DNA of 29,909 bases from Octopus sinensis (GCF_006345805.1 NW_021832699.1:1-29909); one strand, 5' to 3'. Shown: positions 1 through 10,700, counted from the stretch's first letter. Notes: generated by a model not told the origin, from the sequence alone. Translations and numbers: made by a program.

Positions 1-64
1 GACAGGCCCTCTCCCCCACTCCAAAATAAATTCCAGGATTTGTGCCTATAGTAGAAAAGTATAT
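1..64 (+). mobile_element. 3' tail of SINE family A (tail variant ii), cut by the window start
   Basis: CCCCCACTCCAAAAT...TTGTGCCTATAGTAGAAAAG matches the tail of the copies at 1231-1365, 7613-7724 and 25638-25858. Confidence 0.6.
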
Positions 65-185
65 TGCGACAGTTACAGAAAGACGAGTATTCAGGGACTT
101 TTTGAGCGAGATGGGCTACTCAACCTGAAGAAAATTCTAACTGGACGCCACCTGCAAGATTTCCGGGCGAAACAAAGCAACATCC

Positions 186-244
<59 letters not shown>

Positions 245-253
245 TAATAATAA
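186..253. repeat. (AAT)n microsatellite
   Basis: Read directly. Confidence 0.95.
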
Positions 254-339
254 TCTATATATTAATAGAGAAAGCTTCTTCTATATTATAATGGTTACTA
301 AAAGCAAGCAATTATTAAAGGCTTGACCGTCTGGAACTT

Positions 340-1900
340 TTTTATAAATTCATGTTCCAAGAAATTTCCTGTAATTTCGATTTCTAAAGTTTATTGAATA
401 TTTGAACTACGAATTTTTCCCAAATTTTAATATTCGTTGCGTTCACTGCGGAGTAGATTTTAATGTTTAATAATCAATATTTTTCATTTGCAATAGTCTC
501 TCGCTCTTTCTCACTTCTATTTTCATTAATGATAAATTAATATATAATCATTTCAATGTTTTCATTTCAAGTTTTAATTCGCTACTTGCAAAACCCACAG
601 TTTATATACGTAATGAAAAAAAATTATTTATTGAATGGATGAATGCTATAAGGCAAAATAGCTATATAACTTTGAGGCTTATCATACGAGGCACAAGAAT
701 AATATCAGTTTCCGGAGTTTGTTTATGAATAGTTTTGATAAAATTAAGTTTTTTTTAATATACTGGTATAATTTCTTTTTAAAATTAAGAAGTGATTTTG
801 TTGATATGGTTGTTAGGAAAGCTATAAGCCTTGCAATAATAACTATGTGGTTGCTGCTATTTCTAGCACGCTAAATGTAGTTGGGTTACCTTGAAGTTTG
901 TTTAAATTAGAGATATATTACAAATACGATAAATTACTAAAAGAAATAGTTACCAAGCAAGTGAGATTTTTCATAAATTGAAGTTTTCAGGAAAATTTAC
1001 TTTCTGAACTTACTTTTATTATTGAATATTTCAAGTTCATAAATTTAAATATTCGTTTCAAGATACTTTTCAACGAGCTTTTATACGTTTGACTATAATT
1101 TTTATAATTCCTCTGTTAATACATTTCGATAAAATTGCAGTTTATATCACAAATTTAAATATTCGTTGCCAAGCTTTACGTTCACTGCAGAGTAGGTTTT
1201 AACATTTGATAGACCATATTATGTTCTGGCCGCCAAGGTCAACTTTGCTTTTCATCCTTTCGGGGTCGATAAATTAAGTACCAGTTGCGTACTGAGGTCG
1301 ATCTAACCGACTGGCCCCCTTTCCCCCAAATTTCGGGCCTTATGCCTAGAGTGGAATAGAAAAGAATATTATGTTCTGGCGAAATTTTTCGTTTTCATTT
1401 GGAACACTGTCTCTCACTCTCTCTCCCGCTTCTAATTGCTGTCATTAATAATAATTTATTTAATATATACATTCATTGCAATTTTTAGATTGCAAGTTTT
1501 GTTTCGTTATTTCAGATGAGGAAATCAGGTATTTTGTTGACTTAAATTCGCTGTATAAATGCCCTCAGTTTATTGTTTATACGTACTGGAAAAAAATTAT
1601 ATCGGGCAACTTATCGAAACTTACTGAGGCTTCGAACTCATGTGACTTATTTCCTTTCTGTCGATATCTAAGAATTATCAAGTGAATTTGTTGCTATAGC
1701 TATTTCATACGCTATAGGTATTAGAATATCTCTTACGTTATCGTTGCTATTTTTTTGCACACTAAACGTAGTTGGACTACCTTGATGTTTGTTTAAAAAA
1801 GAGAGATTGTGACTGTGATAAAATAATGAAAGCAATATTTACTAAACGTGTACTATTATACAAAGAAATAATTAGACGTAAAATATCATAAAAATGATTA
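340..1900. repeat. Old diverged tandem duplication (two units of about 0.7 kb)
   Basis: Paired anchors AATATTCGTTGC..GTTCACTGCrGAGTAG at ~429 and ~1158, and GCAC.CTAAA.GTAGTTGG..TACCTTGA.GTTTGTTTAAA at ~866 and ~1756. Confidence 0.7.
1231..1365 (+). mobile_element. 5'-truncated SINE family A with 15-bp TSD
   Basis: Family body (TTTCATCCTTTCGGGGTCGATAAATTAAGTACCAG) flanked by the direct repeat ATATTATGTTCTGGC at 1216-1230 and 1366-1380. Confidence 0.9.
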
Positions 1901-2070
1901 GAATTTATTGGGTAGCACACAAAAACAATCACACACACATTACACATACATATACTTACATGTACATATTCATACACGCACACACACAGAAATACATATA
2001 TACATATTACATATAGTACCATGCAATATAGCATTGAGTTTCCTTCTAAATATTGCTTATATAAGTGTGT

Positions 2071-2607
2071 ATAAAAATGTCACTATCCTCTAGGATTTTC
2101 CAGTTAACACTGATAGGACGATCCAGGCTATTCGACCAGATATAATAAAGACAGGGAAGAAAATACTTATAGACTAATAGATGTAAGTGTTCCCACTGAT
2201 AAAAATATATCTGTCAAGGAATTTGACAAAATAAATATAAGGACCTAGAAATTGAAATGCAAAAGATGTGGAATCTTAAAGCAAAAACTGTTCCTGTTAT
2301 TGTAGGTGTCTTAGATATGACAAAAAAGGGGGGGCTGTCAGAAACATCTAGACAACATCCCAGGCGAACCATGTCTCAAATCCAAAAGATCGCGCTGACA
2401 ATAACTGCTCATATCCTTAGAAAAGCCCTGTCAATTTAAATGACTGTGTTGTATTACATGGAGACCCCTGCCACTTCCCTCGCGAGGCTTTCAGTTATAT
2501 TGTAACATCTTTTATCCTTCACTTGCTCTAGGGCGCTGGGTGTGTCTCGACAAGTGAAAGCAACAAACATGCAGATTAAAAGTAAACAACAACAACAATA
2601 ATAATAA
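2071..2607 (+). mobile_element. R4/Dong-clade non-LTR retrotransposon, decayed 3' end (restriction-like endonuclease plus 3' UTR)
   Basis: Frameshifted translation VTIL*DFPVNTDRTIQAIRPDII/KDREENTYRLIDVSVPTDKNISVKEFDK/KYKDLEIEMQKMWNLKAKTVPVIVG...IQKIALTITAHILRKALSI* contains the RPD..D..K RLE motif; ends in (AAC)/(AAT)n. Confidence 0.88.
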
Positions 2608-2608
2608 T

Positions 2609-2774
2609 GGTTTTAAATTTTGCCATGGGGGCAGAAACTTTGGGGGAGGGGTTAAGTCGATTACATCGACCCCAGTGTTCGACTGGTGCTTATTTTATCG
2701 ACCCAGAAACGATGAAAGACAAAGTCGACATCGGCGGAATTTGAACTCAGAACGATTCTGCCAATTTGCCGTCT
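2609..2774 (-). mobile_element. SINE family A (internally deleted head, tail variant iii)
   Basis: Reverse complement of the GTTCTGAGTTCAAATTCCGCCG..GTCGACTTTG body. Confidence 0.85.
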
Positions 2775-2817
2775 TAATAATAATATTAATAATAATAATA
2801 ATAATAATAATAACAAT

Positions 2818-2900
2818 AACATGAACTTCCATCTTGTCTCTTGAGATCTGGGTGAAACTTGGAGCCAACTTGTACAAATGTAAAGCAAAAGTCAAACATA
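2818..2900 (+). mobile_element. Short 3'-UTR fragment of a probable third R4/Dong family, copy 1
   Basis: Near-identical to 3264-3351; embedded in (AAT)/(TAC)n; shares the CTGGG..CTyG..AAAGCA layout with the neighbouring Dong 3' UTRs. Confidence 0.6.
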
Positions 2901-2932
<32 letters not shown>

Positions 2933-2935
2933 TAC

Positions 2936-2970
<35 letters not shown>

Positions 2971-2983
2971 TAATAATAATAAT

Positions 2984-3195
2984 ATTCAGACAAATACATA
3001 ACAAAAACACCAGGACTTACAAACACATATAACATACAGAAAATTGCACTACTAGGCACTGCACACATCCTACACAGAACACTTTCAATACAGTAACCCT
3101 AAGAGCATCACAACAAATCACAGCACATACCCAAGGCACACAGAGCTGCGCTCAGTAGTGAAGTGAAAGCACGTTATAAAAATAAAACTACTGAA
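2984..3195 (+). mobile_element. R4/Dong-clade LINE extreme 3' end, second family
   Basis: SDKYITKTPGLTNTYNIQKIALLGTAHILHRTLSIQ* (stop 3094-3096), homologous to the C-terminus ending at 2439; (AAT)n on both sides. Confidence 0.85.
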
Positions 3196-3263
3196 TGATA
3201 ATAATAATAATAATAATAATATAATAATAATAATAATAATATAATAATAATAATAATAACACT

Positions 3264-3351
3264 AACACGAACTTCCATCTTGTTGTCTCTTGAGATCTCT
3301 GGGTGAGACTTGGATCCAACTTGAACAAATGTAAAGCAAAAGTCAAACATA
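3264..3351 (+). mobile_element. Short 3'-UTR fragment of a probable third R4/Dong family, copy 2
   Basis: Direct repeat of 2818-2900, flanked by (AAT)n. Confidence 0.6.
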
Positions 3352-3353
3352 TA

Positions 3354-3420
<67 letters not shown>

Positions 3421-3423
<3 letters not shown>

Positions 3424-3583
3424 CAAATTTTGGCAAAAGGCCAACAATTTGGGTACGGGTGTAAGTCGGTTACATCGACGAAAGTACTCAGCTGGTACTT
3501 ATTTTATCGATTTCGAAAGGATGTAAGGCAAAGCCAACCTCGGCGGAATTTGAACACAGAACGTGCAGACGGATTAAATGCCT
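3421..3583 (-). mobile_element. SINE family A, diverged
   Basis: Reverse-complement family body; tail merges into (ATC)/(ATT)n. Confidence 0.8.
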
Positions 3584-3637
3584 TTAATCAATTTGTCCGG
3601 GGCAGTTAACAACAACAACAACAACAACAACAACAAC

Positions 3638-3712
3638 GGGGTCGATTTGCTCGATTAAAGGCAGTGCACCAGCATGGCCGCAGTCAAAATGACTGAAACA
3701 AGTAAAAAGAGA
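3638..3712 (+). mobile_element. SINE family B 3' tail fragment
   Basis: GGGGTCGATTTGCTCG..CAGCATGGCCGCAGTCAAAATGACTGAAACAAGTAAA. Confidence 0.8.
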
Positions 3713-4087
3713 AAAAAGAGAAGGAAACTCAATGGGAAAATAGGGTGAATGAGTACAGGAATGGATCAGAATGAGGGCGAGGAATGAAGTGGGGGTATAA
3801 TGGAGCGAATTAAAGTGTACAATAGATGAGGCGAATGGAAACACGGCCGTAGGTGAAGGAAAGAGAGAGAGAGCGAGAGCGATATTGTGACAGGATGGGA
3901 AATTGCAAGTAGTGAGAGGAAAGAGGAAATAAGGTTAGAGGCGAGGGTGGTGGTAGTAGTTAGAAATGTGAACAGTTGTTGGTGGGGGAAGGAGGAAGTG
4001 GTAAGAGGAAGGGAGGAGTTAAAAAAAACAAGTGGTTGGTGCCAAGGAAAGAAAGAAAAAAAACAAAAAAGTGAAGGGTATAAGAAG

Positions 4088-4596
4088 GGAGGAGAGCTGG
4101 CTAAGGCGGCAAGCTGCGTTCTGAGTTCAAATTCCTCCGAGGTCGACTTTGCCTTTCATCCTTTCGGGGTCGATAAATTAAGTACCAGTTACGCACTGGG
4201 GCCGATGTAATCGACTTAATACCTATGTCTGTCCTTGTTTGTCCCCTCTGTGTTTAGCCCCTTGTGGGTAATAAAGAAATAGGTAATTCGTCTGCGGCTA
4301 CGTTCTGAGTTCGAATTCCGCCGAGGTCGACTTTGCCTTTCATCCTTTCGGGGTCGATTAAATAAGTACCAGCTACGCACTGGGGTCGATGTAATCGACT
4401 CAATCCGTTTATCTGTCCTTGTTTGTCCCCTCTGTGTTTAGCCCCTTGTGGGTAGTAAAGAAATAGGTATATCCTTTCGGGGTCGATAAATTAAGTACCA
4501 GTTACGCACTGGGCTCGATGTAATCGACTTAATACCTGTCTGTCCTTGTTTGTCCCCTCTATGTTTAGCCCCTTGTGGGTAATAAAGAAATAGGTA
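4088..4596 (+). mobile_element. SINE family A head-to-tail trimer
   Basis: Three successive bodies, each ending AAAGAAATAGGTA (~4285, ~4468, ~4595). Confidence 0.9.
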
Positions 4597-4699
4597 TAAG
4601 AAAGAGGAAGGGGAAAAAGCTAAACAAGAGGCAACAGCTGAAAAATAGGGGTAAGGAACGGAAAAGAATTGGGTGAGGTAAGTTGAAATGAAGGTGGAC

Positions 4700-4829
4700 T
4701 ATGTGTGGATGTGTTTTCGAGAAATTTGCTTCTCAACCCTGTGATCTTGGGTTCAATCCTACAACGCGGCAACTTGGGCAAGTGTCTTCTACTATAGCAC
4801 CAGGGCGGACACTGAAAGAAGCCCGTCTT
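4700..4829 (+). mobile_element. SINE family B 5' module, diverged
   Basis: B box GGTTCAATCC followed by CTTGGGCAAGTGTCTTCTACTATAGC..ACTGAAAGAAGCCCGTC. Confidence 0.75.
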
Positions 4830-4848
4830 ATGTATGTATGTATGTATG

Positions 4849-4879
<31 letters not shown>

Positions 4880-4894
4880 GTATGTATGTATGTA
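4829..4894. repeat. (ATGT)n microsatellite
   Basis: Read directly. Confidence 0.95.
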
Positions 4895-4895
4895 T

Positions 4896-5123
4896 CGGCG
4901 AGCTGGCAGAAACGTTAGCACGCCGGGCGAAATGCTTTGTGGTATTTCGTCCGCCGCTGCGTTCTGAGTTCAAATTCCGCCGAGGTCGACTTTGCCTTTC
5001 ATCCTTTCCGGGTCGATAAATAAAGTACCAGTTACGCACTGGGGTCGATGTAGTCGACATAATCCCTTTGTCTGTCCTTGTTTGTCCCCTCTATATTTAG
5101 CCCCTTGTGGGCAGTAAAGAAAT
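4896..5123 (+). mobile_element. Full-length tRNA-derived SINE family A
   Basis: A-box-like TGGCAGAAACG, B box GAGTTCAAATTC; central GCCTTTCATCCTTTC.GGGTCGATAAA.TAAGTACCAG resembles the Meta domain of MetaSINEs (from memory); about 15 copies in the window. Confidence 0.9.
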
Positions 5124-5246
5124 ATATATATGTATATATTTATATATATATGTATGTATATATATCTATATCTATATCTACCAGTATATATAATATATAT
5201 ATATTATACAACACACAACACACACATACATACATATATATGTAAG

Positions 5247-5306
<60 letters not shown>

Positions 5307-5311
5307 TAGAT

Positions 5312-5472
5312 ATTAAAAACGAAGAGCAAACAAAAAAAAAACGTGAGGACGTGATACATGTAAAGTATTAGCAGACGCTCGGGGGAGGAAAGAAAGGTGG
5401 ATTTACGTTTCGAGCAAAACTCTTCTTCAGAAACAAGAGACAGAAGAAAGTCCAATAGAAAAGGAAGACAAC
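5312..5472 (-). mobile_element. Penelope-like (PLE) terminal-repeat fragment carrying a minimal hammerhead
   Basis: Homologous to 12944-13153 and 15518-15680; abuts a (TA)/(GA)n tract. Confidence 0.7.
5401..5434 (-). ncRNA. Minimal type I hammerhead ribozyme motif (PLE-type), weak stem I
   Basis: Minus strand GTTT-CTGAAGA-A-GAGttttgCTC-GAAA-CG-TA-AAT. Confidence 0.6.
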
Positions 5473-6330
5473 GTTTTCTAATCTTTTCACCACATAGATC
5501 TTCGCGGATGCATAATACAGGTGGTTGAGATCTGTAATATCAATATCATTAGCTGAAATTATAACCTTAAGTGCAAGGCGGACTTTACCCATTACTTTCA
5601 GGTTTTGGGAGAGTGTCACGTTCAGTCATACCGGTTTCTTTCATTTTCAGCCATTCAATCATGATTTGAGTTTTAAGATCATCGAGTTCAGTTGGGTCAG
5701 TTTCTGTGTGACTTTCTTCGTCTATTTTATTTTCATCTACTTTGGGGTTTATGATTGGTTCAGAGAGTATTTCACTTTGTTTATCAGTTACATTGACTCC
5801 TTCTATCATTACTGCATTTTCATCAGACCTGGGTTGGCCTATAATTATTTCCTCAGTAATATATTATTTAATTGCAACTTCGTTCCTTTTATCTCTTACT
5901 GTTTGTTTAATTTGATCAGTCTCTAATTTAGTAATTTCTTTTTCATAATGTTTCTTTTGACGTTGGCAAGTTTGTTACTGTCTTATAGGATCTTACTTCA
6001 AGGTGCTTCTGTCTCCAGTTTCGGTAGCTTTGGTCAGTATTAAATTTATTTGTAGGGAAATACATGGTATGATAGAAGGCCTTAAGAACTTTATTATCTC
6101 CGCTTGACCATTTTCATTCGTTTTCTTTTGGTTATTTGATACGAGTATGGATGGCCATCTATTGGAATATTGCGGTTGTGGGGTACTTCCAACCCTTGAG
6201 TTTCGGGAATATTTGAACCAGTAGCTGATTTTTCACACCCAGTCTGGTTCTTCACTGGGGTGTGTGACCCTTATTGACCCGGGGGACGGCCGACTCGGTG
6301 TGTATTTTGCTTTATCATTGAGGCATAACG
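5472..6330 (-). mobile_element. R4/Dong-clade LINE, decayed N-terminal part of the ORF
   Basis: Minus-strand frameshifted translation PSPGSIRV...KRKRM/KWS..KVLKAFYHTMYFP..SYRNWRQK..SNKLANVKRNIMKK..LETDQIKQTV...ERDTLPKP..ITDLNHLYYASAKI matches the N-terminal motif order I recall for Dong/R4 ORFs. Confidence 0.7.
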
Positions 6331-6740
6331 AGCTTGGGCGTTGACATTAGGGGACTGTTTAGGGTTAATTTTTTTGAGACAACGCCGCCTCCGAGTTCTC
6401 TGAATAAAAACATTGCTCTTAACGCAGCTTCTTAAGGCTAACAGATCTGTATTCGTCTGTATTTTTTGTTGTTGACAGATTTATCTTCGGGCATAATTTT
6501 TTTTGTGGTGTTTTTTTTTAAACTTATGAATTTCGAAAAAGAAAATTGTTTTGTTATTTTTTTGCTTTGTGACACGTGCTTTCTTATGCTTGTGTGTGTG
6601 TCCTGCAAATTTCACGTAGTTGTGTAAACATTGGGTTATATGTGTAGTCCTATGGGTATTAAAATGTATATATGATTGTATAGACATTCAAGAGTGTGTG
6701 TAATTAATCAATTTAAGTATTTAATGTTTTGTTCCATTTA

Positions 6741-7134
6741 TCTTTATATATAAAAGTGAAGTTGTGTGAATGTCTGTCTCCTACGATTTAGATTCCTAAC
6801 TACTCCCACATTTTGCGGTGCAGTGTAACCAAAACCGGGTATCTTATAGTCGTGATTCATATCGAGCCCTTCTGGGTATTAGTGCGCGTCTACGATGAGT
6901 CTACGATTAAAAAAAAATTATCATTTTTTTCCATTAAATGCTTTTTTCGCTATTATATAAGGGAAGTAACTCTCTAAAAATGTCTACGATGAGTCAACGA
7001 TTTAAAAAAAATTTACCATCATTTTTTTCCATTTTGAATGCATTTTTTTTGCTATTTTTTGGTTATAACTCTCTAAAAATGGTTATATAGTTATTTCCCT
7101 TACAAACCCGAGCAACGCCGGGCGATACTGCTAG
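6741..7134 (+). mobile_element. Non-autonomous Helitron (394 bp)
   Basis: A|TC 5' end (TCTTTATATATAAAA), subterminal hairpin CCCGAGCAACGCCGGG at 7107-7122, CTAG|T 3' end, no TSD; internal ~95-bp tandem duplication. Confidence 0.9.
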
Positions 7135-7612
7135 TATTATATAACTTGTAAACTTTCCGATGTTGACTTCGCATGTGTCTTTCGCACATGTTTCACCGAG
7201 ACATCGTGCATGAGAGAAACAGTGCGTTGTATAGCAGTAAAATTTCGTTTTTTTAGTATTTCCGTTAAAAGGCCGCTTCCTTCAAGTCTTCCACAGGTTC
7301 CTTTATCCCATTCCACCGATGTTATTGGATTTGTCTTTTTTATTTAACACTGTATGTATGTATCTATGTATCAACTTTCCTTACGATGTGATAAACATTT
7401 AAAAAACACAAAACGAACGCCGTCACCACTCACTGTCTCGCTCACTCTCTCTCTCTCTTTCTCTCTCACTCTCACTCTCACTTTTTCTCTCAATTCTTCC
7501 CTGTCCTCCTCTCACCCGTTTTGCCACTCACTTCTTCCTTTGAAGTAAGTGTGACACACACCACAGGTACGGACATACAAAAACAACAAGTTGGCGTATT
7601 AATATTATTGAT

Positions 7613-7724
7613 AATAATCCTTTCTACTACAAGCGCAAGGCCTGAAATTTGGTGGGGAGTCGATTACATTGACCCCAATGCTCAAATGGTACTTAATTTA
7701 TCGACCTCGAAAGGATGAAAGGCA
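7613..7724 (-). mobile_element. SINE family A 3' half (tail variant ii)
   Basis: Reverse-complement family body. Confidence 0.8.
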
Positions 7725-7725
<1 letters not shown>

Positions 7726-7812
<87 letters not shown>

Positions 7813-7815
7813 TAT
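7726..7815. repeat. (CA)n(TA)n microsatellite
   Basis: Read directly. Confidence 0.95.
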
Positions 7816-8011
7816 ATAAAAGGGCTTAGTAAAATAAATTACTTTGCCGCATACTGAACTCATTAGAAATAGAAATAGCAGCTAAAAAAAAACTTTTTTA
7901 AAACTACTATTCTAATACTTAAAGAAAACCTCTCGAATTCGCCTTAATGGTCCCTTTGCATACTGAAACTTGGTGAATTGATTAATTAATTAATTTTACC
8001 CTCAATTGTTG

Positions 8012-8073
<62 letters not shown>

Positions 8074-8077
<4 letters not shown>

Positions 8078-8278
8078 AATTGCAGCGTGGGATTTTTGTC
8101 AGTGAACAGGTCGCGGATTTTAGCGACGAAAATATTTTGACAATTAAACTTAATGTTGAGTGAATCGAACGACTTTTGTGTGTTTCTTAATGGCTTACAA
8201 ACACCTTCCACGCTGCAATTGTTTTCGTTCCAGCACACGATCTCAGATCAAATCACTTGCTATGCGAGTACACCTCCG

Positions 8279-8280
<2 letters not shown>
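8074..8280. mobile_element. Probable MITE fragment between (TA)n tracts
   Basis: Perfect 17-bp inverted repeat AAACAATTGCAGCGTGG at 8074-8090 and 8208-8224. Confidence 0.45.
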
Positions 8281-8327
<47 letters not shown>

Positions 8328-8328
8328 A

Positions 8329-8375
<47 letters not shown>

Positions 8376-9365
8376 TATGTGGGCACAGGACGTCACGAAA
8401 CTTGTACGACAAAAAAAATACGAAGTACGAGTACATGTAATATGAACTATTTTTTCCGAACAACGAAAGACACAAATGAAAAACAAGACAAACAACATAG
8501 AGAACGAACTTCCATCAGTTGTTGGCTGTTTTTTTTACTCTCGTATTTCGAGCAATTCACAATCAATTTTGACCCTCCGCAAAAAAGAATTAAGATCTTT
8601 GTTTATGATTGAAATCCTTTGTTGGGAATGATTTATCTAGGTTCTGTCAGAAGTAAACACTTCCACCGTTTGTCCTTGTCACTTTTAGAATATAAACATT
8701 GAGCTTCGAACGATACATTTGTACGGAATAACTAGGAATCGTTTACACACACGTGTGTGTATATGTGTACTTATACATATACATGCATATATATGCGTGT
8801 ATATATGCATGTAAGCAGTACTTATACAAATCGCTTACAGTAAATTTAATCAAATCAAACACAACGCCATGTGTTAAATAAGCGGGGTGCATGTGTTAGT
8901 TTTGCAAGATGAAGAATTTAATTAAGATTTTCCATCGGGAAGTAACTAGTGATTTATGACCATATCTGGTTTATATATACAGTTACTTACTTGTGTAAAT
9001 CTCTGTATATATATATATATATATATATATAGATAGATATATATCTGAGTATATGTGTGTGTGTGTGCATCTTTGAATACGTGTGCATATGTATGTATTT
9101 ACGTATTACGTTTGAATATGTATACGTGCCTCTATGTGAGTACAAATGTGTGTATGTGTATTTATGCATCGATAACAATGTACAATGTATGTATGTATGT
9201 ATGTATGTATGTATGTATGTATGTATGTATGTATGTATGTATGTACGTACGCTTGTGTGTGTGTGTGTGTGTGTTCGCGTGCATGTGAGTGTGTATGTTA
9301 GGTAAATAAGTACGTTAGTCCTTACGTTTTACGTATGTATGTTTATATCTAGGTACACGTATATG

Positions 9366-9442
9366 TATTTCTTTATTACCCACAAGGGGCTAAACACAGA
9401 GGGGACAAATAAGGACAGATAAACTGATTAAGACGATTTCAT
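9366..9442 (-). mobile_element. SINE family A tail fragment
   Basis: TATTTCTTTATTACCCACAAGGGGCTAAAC... Confidence 0.85.
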
Positions 9443-10430
9443 TCTTCAGGACTTTCTTGCCAAGTTTCATGCAGCAATCTCAAAAGATCTGGCTTTGAAG
9501 ATGCTTTCTTGTTCTTTTTATGAAGTGTCCTGTCCATTATGCCCCAGAAGTGATCAATAGGATTCATATCTGGTGACTAGCTTGGCCATGGAAGCTTCTT
9601 CCAATGCCATTCTCTTCCAACCAATCTTGGGCCATTTCAGCCGTGTGATAAGGAACCCCATCGTCCATAAATAAAGAGTCTTCTTTAATCATTTCACCAC
9701 TGGAGAAGATTGGGAAGAACACCTTCTGCAATATGGATACATATTTGAGTTTATCAAAGAAGCTTAAGAGGCGGTTGGATGGAACCTACACTCGCCTCCT
9801 TATGAGAGCTCAAAATCTCTCGTGGAAGCGCCATCCAACCAAAATGCAAATATATGGGAAACTACCACCTGTGTCATCTCTTGTGAAAGGTAGGAGAGTC
9901 TAGTTTGCTGGACATTGTTGTAGAGCTGAAAAAGAAGTAATTTCTACTCTTCTCCTCTGGAAGCCATCTACTCGCAATACCAGAGGGCGCACACTCTCCT
10001 ACCCTGATGTAATCTCCAGGGATACAGGCATCCAGCAACAGGACCTCCGTAATGCCATGATGGACCGTGAAGTCTGGCGTAGCATGGTAAATTCCATTGT
10101 CTCGACCACGGTTGAACAATGATGATGATGATGAGTTTATGCTTCCCTCACACTCCACCAGCTCTGATCAACCATTGCTCCAATTGCTTCCCAGACCATC
10201 ACACAATAGCCGCCGTGTTTCATTGTTGGCTGCAATATTTTCACATCAAATTCTTGACTACAGAGTCTCAGACCCACACTCGATCACTGTCAGAAAATAC
10301 AGCAAATCTGGACTCATCAGAGAACATGACAGTGTCTCCCCAACTGCTAGTGGCGTCTACACCATCTCACTGGCCCAATCTTTTCTCTTTTGGCTTGTCG
10401 AAGAAGTGGTTTCCTTCTTGCTGCTCTGTG

Positions 10431-10435
<5 letters not shown>
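9443..10435 (-). pseudogene. Tc1-family DD34E-type transposase pseudogene, split by an RTE insertion
   Basis: [48 protein letters not shown] | YVSILQK..LFMDDGVPYHTA..LPWPS*SPDMNPIDHFWGIM; several stops and frameshifts. Confidence 0.9.
9755..10131 (+). mobile_element. 5'-truncated RTE-clade LINE with (TGA)n tail and 9-bp TSD
   Basis: KKLKRRLDGTYTRLLMRAQNLSWKRHPTKMQIYGKLPPVS..RRV*FAGHCCR..LLLWKP..AMMDREVWRSMV..EQ*; TGAGTTTAT at 9746-9754 and 10132-10140. Confidence 0.9.
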
Positions 10436-10503
<68 letters not shown>

Positions 10504-10506
10504 GTC

Positions 10507-10540
<34 letters not shown>

Positions 10541-10541
10541 T

Positions 10542-10578
<37 letters not shown>

Positions 10579-10587
10579 GAGATAGAG

Positions 10588-10618
<31 letters not shown>

Positions 10619-10619
10619 T

Positions 10620-10660
<41 letters not shown>

Positions 10661-10661
10661 G

Positions 10662-10700
<39 letters not shown>

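Noticed and set aside
1498-1535. Possible 13-nt microexon (TTTCAG|ATGAGGAAATCAG|GTATTT)
   Set aside because: Splice-like signals only, inside a repeat duplication, with no supporting gene context
4088-4596. CRISPR-like repeat array
   Set aside because: Units are SINE bodies without unique spacers, in a eukaryotic context
8500-8556. Minus-strand GCTCGAAA...CTGATGGA, possible permuted hammerhead in a TA-flanked repeat
   Set aside because: Core is imperfect and no consistent three-stem fold could be built
9545-9670. Apparent DD34D triad in a Tc1-like transposase (NPID)
   Set aside because: A single third-position change from Glu in a heavily decayed copy; not evidence of a new family
10305-10325. 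Minus-strand CTGATGAG
   Set aside because: It encodes the FSDES catalytic motif of the Tc1 transposase; no paired GAAA
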